From: Octopus bimaculoides | Lineage: Eukaryota | NCBI RefSeq assembly: GCF_001194135.2 | Contig: NC_068988.1 | Coordinates: 65,878,819 to 65,921,772 of the forward strand | Direction: 5' to 3' | DNA length: 42,954 bases | In this document: one piece after another, positions 36,354-42,954 of the stretch | Position numbering within the stretch: the stretch's first letter is position 1 | How the letters are laid out: each line of letters starts with the position of its first letter | Notes under the pieces: model-generated | The model's input: the letters and a program-made list of their open reading frames with translations, nothing else | Told to the model about the DNA's origin: nothing | Databases searched by the model: none | Position numbers and translations under genes: made by a program

Positions 36354-38213
36354 CACAGGTCTGGCAAATCAAATATATACTGTTAAAAAACCGTCCCTTT
36401 CTCTTTCTTTAGAGACCTCCACAAAATTTGAAGCAAGGATGTCTTCTAGATGCACAGCAAACCTGGATCCCTTTTGTTACATTTGTGACAAATTTATGAC
36501 TACAAGTCTTACTTTGATGTGAAATTAGGAAACTCCTGTTATAAAAATAAGACACCGGACAAAATATACAGAGAAACTGTTCGTTTTTGGGGTCCTAATG
36601 ATATGGATAGAGCGTAAAAATCATAGCAATGACTGCTACATTTGTTAATGCAAGGTGCAGGGACACCATTTGAAGAGTGGGAAGACATTGTTTACCCAAA
36701 TCTCCCATTTACTTTGTGATCTGTTGCACATGGACCAGACGTTCCGATCTCATCCTCACCAGAGAGTCTTGACGACGTAGTCAGAAGGCAGAAATAACAA
36801 TGACGATGGAAACTTCAACAACAGTGAAAATGAAGAACCCTAAGTAATCTGTATGAATTACACGGTCTAGTGAGAGATTTAGGGCTCGCAAAGAAGTCAG
36901 CAGAGATTTTAGTTTCTAGATTTAAACCCAAGAATCTTGTAGCTTGTGCATTCTATTGGTATAGTAATTGTGAAAAAGAATTAGTTCCTTATTTTGCTCT
37001 AAAACATTGGTTTATTATAGAGAACAATCAGGACTAATAGAAAAGTTTGGCATAAGTTACAGCCCTGATGAATAGAGATTCTTTTTAACTCTTCAAAGAG
37101 AAATTTTATTGCTATTCTTCTGAAACTGTATAATGGTAATAAGTATACATAAGTATATCCCTGTTGGACATTCATTGATCATGACCGAAACTTATGAAAA
37201 TTTGGTGTCACTCTTACAAAAGATTAAATTCAAAGACCACAAATGAATAATTGACAGCGACTAGAAAATAATTTTCATGTTGCTTGGACAATAAGAAGTT
37301 GTTCTTTGTTTCTTGTGAGAATGCAACAATAGAGCCAGAAACCTTTGTCTCTCTCTAAAAAATGACAAAGTAGTGATATGCTTACACCAGAAGCAAAGAA
37401 TATCTTTCGAAAAGGTTTGGTTCCGAAAAGGGATCTTTTACCTCCTCTACATATAACATTTGACCCCATGAAGCAATTCTTGCCAGAAGATGGAGAGGGC
37501 TTAAAATATTTGCGTAGCAAGTTTCATGCTCTGTCAGGCGCCTAGGTTGGAGATATAAGAAAACTCAAGGACAAAAATTTTGAAAACTCTGTTAGTGATT
37601 CTCAAAAAACATGCATGGCTTAATTTTAAAGGTGTGATGAAAAGTATTACAAGTATCCAAACTACAAAGGCATAGTGGGGAGAATGCTAACAAAGTGTGA
37701 GGCCTTAGGATGTAAAATGAGAATTTACATTTGCATTTCTGTCTGGAAAATCTGTGGTTGTGAGTGAGGAGACAAAAAGGAAGTGGAAAGAAGGGATCAG
37801 CGAAAATGGAATGTAAATATGACAGCCAACTTCTGCTGGATGCTACATTGTAAATGTACCTTAAATACTCACAAATGAGTTTCTGGCGTAGTTTCCAAGT
37901 GAATAAGAATAGAGTTTGAGGTGCTGAACCCATAACAGAATCCCACGTAAAAATATTTTGTCCCACCTTTCAATTGCATTTGTGTCAATTTATTTTGCTA
38001 AATAAAGCACCAAATTGATTTCTATTTGTTTCATTTGTCATACCATATGTGGATTTAGCTACAAATTATGGTATATGTTATGATTATATTTTGAGAAAAT
38101 CTCTGGTATGGGAAGGAGCAATTTTGATATTTCAAATTAACACCACAGTGGTATACAAAGGGACATACAACTATCAAAACAATTTTCAAAATGTTCCGTT
38201 TCGCAAGCTTATG
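36354..38213 (+). mobile_element. Decayed Chapaev3-type (CMC superfamily) DNA transposon; ends tentative
   Basis: Contains the transposase pseudogene below. Candidate ends CACAGG (36354) and CTTATG (38213), each flanked by TAA, but only about 13/23 of the terminal bases are complementary. Confidence 0.65.
36439..37870 (+). pseudogene. Chapaev3-type transposase pseudogene with many stops and frameshifts
   Basis: Collinear motifs DPFCYIC (FCYIC at 36472-36486), IWIERKNHSNDCYIC (NHSNDCYIC at 36619-36645), ELHGLVRDLGLAKKSAEIL (~36855), NGNKY, IPVGHS, LLGQ, LPPLHI (37438) then MKQF, ALGCKM, FCWML (~37831). These match the Chapaev3 transposase pattern as I know it (FCYICG...NH..DCYFC...LVRDL.L.K..SELL...PPLHIKLGLMKQF...YCW.L). 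Confidence 0.85.
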
Positions 38214-38246
38214 TAATTCTTATTTTATTCATTGACTACACAATTT

Positions 38247-38420
38247 ATGAGGGAGGAACCAAGAATCTGTTCGGTTTTCCAGAAATAGCAGCCGAATTAT
38301 CCTTAATTTACGCTTTGATGTCTAAAATGAAGAAATAATACATTACATAAAGTAGTCTTTGAAAAACTAAAACGACAGCATGGATCGAATGCTTTTGATC
38401 ACCGGCAACAAATAAGGCGA
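38247..38420 (+). mobile_element. Family D repeat fragment
   Basis: GGAACCAAGAATCTGTTCGG...AGAAATAGCAGCCGAAT...GAATGCTTTTGATCA. Partial match to 9425-9585. Confidence 0.35.
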
Positions 38421-39097
38421 GATCTCAACTAAATTTGAATATTTTTTACATTATCTGTTATCATGTATATGAAATTTGACGTGACAGTCAATTCTTTCTT
38501 TGAATTAACATAGAGAAGAACTGCTGATTAAATTTATTCTCCGCCATACATGTAGAATATTTACGAGCTGCGTCAAAGTTTGGTTTGGTGATAGGAATTT
38601 GTGCTTCTATTCGACAAATACTGGAGTGATTCAAGGCCCTCTGCTTGTATTTATTCATATGCTCTCATTTGATTAGGGTCATATTTTATTAAATTCTTCA
38701 TGTTAGTAATGCAACTTCAACTTCGTTTAGTATTGAAAGAATTTTCTGTATTACAGGTTAAGAAGAAAATGCTTTTCAATGTAAGTTAGGAAATTTTCAG
38801 TATAATCTTATCTTGGCGTAAATAGGAAAAGATGTGTGAACGAGATGTTCCACCGACTCTTGGTTCGGAAAGACGGGAAAAGTAGTGTGTAGTGTAAATG
38901 ATTTTATACATGAACTAAATTGTAGAGCTGTAATAAAAGTATGATGCCACATTATTAACACACCTTGTATGGAGGACAATAAGGTATATTATTACATGAG
39001 AGTTTTTCTTTAGAATGCTAAAGATTTTGTGAATATTAGCTAAATTGAGGATAATATGAACTGAATAAACTTCTTTGGAAATAATCATTTGTAGGTC

Positions 39098-39298
39098 GAA
39101 GGCAGCGAGCAGGCAGAATCGTTAGACGCCGGGTAAAATGCTTAGCGTCCATCTTTACTTTCAGAGTTGGAATTCCGCCGAGGTCGATTTAGATCTTTTG
39201 AGGGTTGATAAAAGAAGTGCCACTTGAGCACTGGGATCAATGTAATCGACTTAACACCTCCATTCGAAATTGCTGGCCTTGTGTCAAAATTTGAAATC
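39098..39298 (+). mobile_element. SINE-C
   Basis: GAAGGCAGCGAGCAGGCAGAATCGTTAG...CCGCCGAGGTCGA...CACTGGGATCAATGTAATCGAC...GCTGGCCTTGTGTCAAAATTTGAAA. Confidence 0.85.
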
Positions 39299-39557
39299 GA
39301 TAATTATTTGTTGACCAAAATTATGTGTGTATGCGTGTGTTTCTGTAGGTGGGAGGCGTGTATACATATGTTTATGTCTGAGTGTGGACGAGAACATGCA
39401 TGCGTATATTTTTTTCACTGCAATATATTCGACAAAGTAGAAAAGTAAAAAAAAAAAAATAATGACAGCGCGCGCATACATAAGTATATTCTTGAATATT
39501 TGACTGGATGTGTACATTAATGTGTGATATAGATGACTGTGACAGAGAAAGAAGGAA

Positions 39558-39561
39558 ATAG

Positions 39562-39605
<44 letters not shown>

Positions 39606-39647
39606 TATGATAAAAACTAAGAAAAAGATTAACAAGAGAGAAGAGTG

Positions 39648-39689
<42 letters not shown>

Positions 39690-39694
39690 TTATC

Positions 39695-39744
<50 letters not shown>

Positions 39745-39800
39745 CACACACGGACACGCACACACATACACACACACGCATACACACACATACGCACACA
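39558..39800. repeat. (GATA)n(GA)n, then (TATC)n at 39648-39743, then (CA)-type repeats
   Basis: Read directly. Confidence 0.95.
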
Positions 39801-40243
39801 TTGAGAGAGCAAGAAAGTAAGAGAGGTACAACACAGTCAGATAGATAAGCAGGGAGTAAAGAGTGTTGAGTTCTCGACGTGTCACATTCCAGTATATTTG
39901 ACCTTACAGCTTAGCACGAATTCATGATTATTTATAACATGGACAAAAATACAATTATATCATTGTCCCGCAATGTGTATAAGCATGTGTATACGTATTT
40001 AGTGCTATACAGAATCTACACCCATACATACACCGACATACACGTACTCACAAACACACACGCACGCACGCACGCACGCACACATACATAATATATATAT
40101 ATATATATACATATATATATNNNNNNNNNNNNNNNNNNNNNNNNNNNNNNNNNNNNNNNNNNNNNNNNNNNNNNNNNNNNNNNNNNNNNNNNNNNNNNNN
40201 NNNNNNNNNNNNNNNNNNNNTATATATATGTATATATGTTAAA

Positions 40244-40612
40244 TTTTACTTGCTTCTGTCACGAAACTACAGCCATGTTGGAGCATTTGAAGAACTTCAG
40301 GCGAATGAATCGACTGCAGTACTTTTTTTTAATCCAGGCATTTATTCTATCGGTTCTCTTTTGCCGAACTACTAAGTTGCGAGGACATAAACACACCAAC
40401 ACCAGTTGTCAAGCGATCGTGGAGGGACAAACACACACACATGTGTGTATTATAAGACGGCCTTGTTTCGGTTTTCGTCTACCAAATTCATTCACAAGGC
40501 TTTGGTTGGCTTGAGACTATAGTAGTAGAAAGTTCCCCAAAGTACCACTCAATGGGACTGAACCTGGAGCCATGTGGTTGAGAAGCAAGCTTGTTACCGC
40601 ACAGGCACGCCT
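40244..40612 (-). mobile_element. Full-length SINE-A
   Basis: Reverse complement aligns end to end with 9841-10259, with only a short internal TG/CA tract. Confidence 0.88.
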
Positions 40613-41484
40613 GGGTGTATATATAAAATATGTATATGACTAGATTTTCCTGTTCGTGAAAACAAATAATATTCAAAGTTTTCAGCTGTGTATGTTCATT
40701 ATTTTCTTGAATAATGAATGTATTGGATTTTGTCAAGCATTGACACCAGTAAGAAATTATTTAGAATAATATGAGCTATAATAAAGACACAAGAAATAAA
40801 ACAGAGTGAAGGAAAGTCGGATAGCCAAGGAACTAGGAGGCGTTTAAATATTTATAGAGAAAGTGTACACATTTGTCAATTGTTTATAGAGTCTCAGAGA
40901 CTAGTGAGTGGGAGAAAAGTGCGGAAGATATCTTCAGATTGGAGACGTGGGCCGAATACTTCTCATAAAGCCGACTCCGTTAAATGTTCCTATTTGCCAG
41001 GTGATAGCCTGATCTCTGTGACGGATTATATGTAAGAACCAAATTAAAGCCATCACTCAAACATGGTGTTTGGATGTAAATTCACATTAAAAGTTATGAG
41101 TTCATGGAACGTAAACAATAAACTTAGCAATGAATTCGTCTCTATCCTACAAACCTTTTCAAGCTATTCTACTTAACCGAATACTTATTTCTAATATCGA
41201 CATAGAATCGATGTGGAGTGATTTTACCGATGTAGGTTCATAGGTTAAATATTTTTTGAGAAGTACTACGTATAAAGTGAATATATAATTCTAGCGTTCT
41301 TTTCGTATATATATATATATATATAGTCTGACGGTGACTTAGCTGGGCGAAACTTAGAAGTTACAGTCAATGACATTCTTATGCAAGAACAATAAATTTG
41401 CACTCTACAAAAGTATGGAGAGTAACTCATCAGATTAATGTAAAATTGTTATCATTGAGCATGAAACAAACGTTAAACATTAAT

Positions 41485-41516
41485 ATCTATCTATCTAATA
41501 TCTCCCCCTCTCTATA

Positions 41517-41547
<31 letters not shown>

Positions 41548-41800
41548 NNNNNNNNNNNNNNNNNNNNNNNNNNNNNNNNNNNNNNNNNNNNNNNNNNNNN
41601 NNNNNNNNNNNNNNNNNNNNNNNNNNNNNNNNNNNNNNNNNNNNNNNNNNNNNNNNNNNNNNNNNNNNNNNNNNNNNNNNNNNNNNNNNNNNNNNNNNNN
41701 NNNNNNNNNNNNNNNNNNNNNNNNNNNNNNNNNNNNNNNNNNNNNNNNNNNNNNNNNNNNNNNNNNNNNNNNNNNCACACACACACATATATATATATAT
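41485..41800. repeat. (CT)n and (CA/TA)n around assembly gap 41548-41775
   Basis: Read directly. Confidence 0.9.
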
Positions 41801-42829
41801 TTATGACCATTACAATGACTACTGAGATTAGTACATCGGCATTTTTTTTTCTTTCTACACTCAATTATTGAGCATGTTTGACTTAAGTATATCCAACGCA
41901 CGTTTCTGCTACATAGACAACTTGCATCCAATTAATTTCGACTGGTTATAATCTACGTAACTTTATTCAAGAATGATCCACAGACGTGATCTCAAGAGAA
42001 CTAATTGTATGTATGTTTAGCTAGCATTATATTTGGTTGGAGACTATAGTTTTTGAGTGCAAAGAATGTGCGAGGAAGATTTGGAAAGTTGATTCGGCCA
42101 TAAAAACTGCTATAATTTTGACCCTATACCGATCCTAGATTTGAATTTCGAACTGAAAATATTAGACAGGTAAAAAGTCAACGCATATATATCTAAAAAA
42201 ACATTAGCCTTAAGTGGATTAGGAAATAGTGAGTATTCGGATTTATGAGATATGTAGAACTTACTGGAGAGGTCAATTTTTTTCCCTTTGAACAAATCAA
42301 GTTTTCATTTACATGCAGATACTTCATTCCATATTATGAGTTGCAAAGATTTTAAAATATGTATTTTTATGTATGGAGAATACCGATTATTACTTGATAA
42401 AGGCAAACTAGCTACTACACTGACCGTTTAAACTCAGGCACCTCCTATTTACACGGTGCGTACTTAATTAAAAATCCTTTCTATGGAGGTATTTGAATGC
42501 CCTTCTGTAAAGGTCAGAAAATCTTAGGGTCTGTTCTTGCCCAACGTTAAGCAATTAGTGTTTAGACGTGAAAATATGGAATTTTTCTTCTATGCACATA
42601 TCGCATCTTTTCCGCCTGATTAAGGAATTTTTGCTGGAAAGAACAAAGCTTCATAGATAGTTGGAGAAATGGATGACTTATTATAATGCTACAACGTTAG
42701 TCTTGTTTACAACAGATGTGTGTTCAGGTGCTACGAACAACCATCAACTTTTTCTATGAAAAGGAGATTCATAGCTCAATATTTGCACTCTAGCTTTATC
42801 TATCCTGCATTCTACAAGGGAAAATATTG

Positions 42830-42882
42830 TATGTGTGTATGTTTGCATGTATGTATGTATGCATGCATGTATGTATGTATCT

Positions 42883-42954
<72 letters not shown>
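42830..42954. repeat. (TATG)n-(CT)n-(TA)n compound microsatellite
   Basis: Read directly. Confidence 0.95.

Noticed and set aside
857-41931. Long ORFs rich in YI/HT/CV/LS/X runs, e.g. 8181-9083 and 33417-34694
   Set aside because: They are translations of dinucleotide repeats and N gaps, not proteins.

Overview
Eukaryotic, AT-rich, microsatellite-dense draft-genome window with 12 assembly gaps, most of them abutting simple repeats. The repeat repertoire looks to me like octopus (coleoid cephalopod); this is recognition from memory, not a database result. I find no identifiable host gene, rRNA, true tRNA or CRISPR, so the window reads as intergenic or deep-intronic. Most ORFs in the supplied track are microsatellite or N artefacts. 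Supported content: (1) three tRNA-derived SINE families, here called A, B and C, about 18 copies or fragments; (2) three 3' ends of one CR1/L2-type LINE whose tail is shared with SINE-A; (3) an RTE LINE relic, plus a separate probable RTE 3' end encoding non-Kruppel C2H2 fingers; (4) a decayed Chapaev3-type (CMC) DNA transposon; (5) a mariner 5' fragment interrupted by a nested insert carrying a ~260-bp palindrome; (6) a hAT-type MITE inside a degenerate ~58-60-bp tandem array. I cannot support a claim of a new biological system. The best leads are the LINE/SINE tail partnership with a compensatory stem change, the long fold-back element, the zinc-finger tail and the inverted SINE pair.
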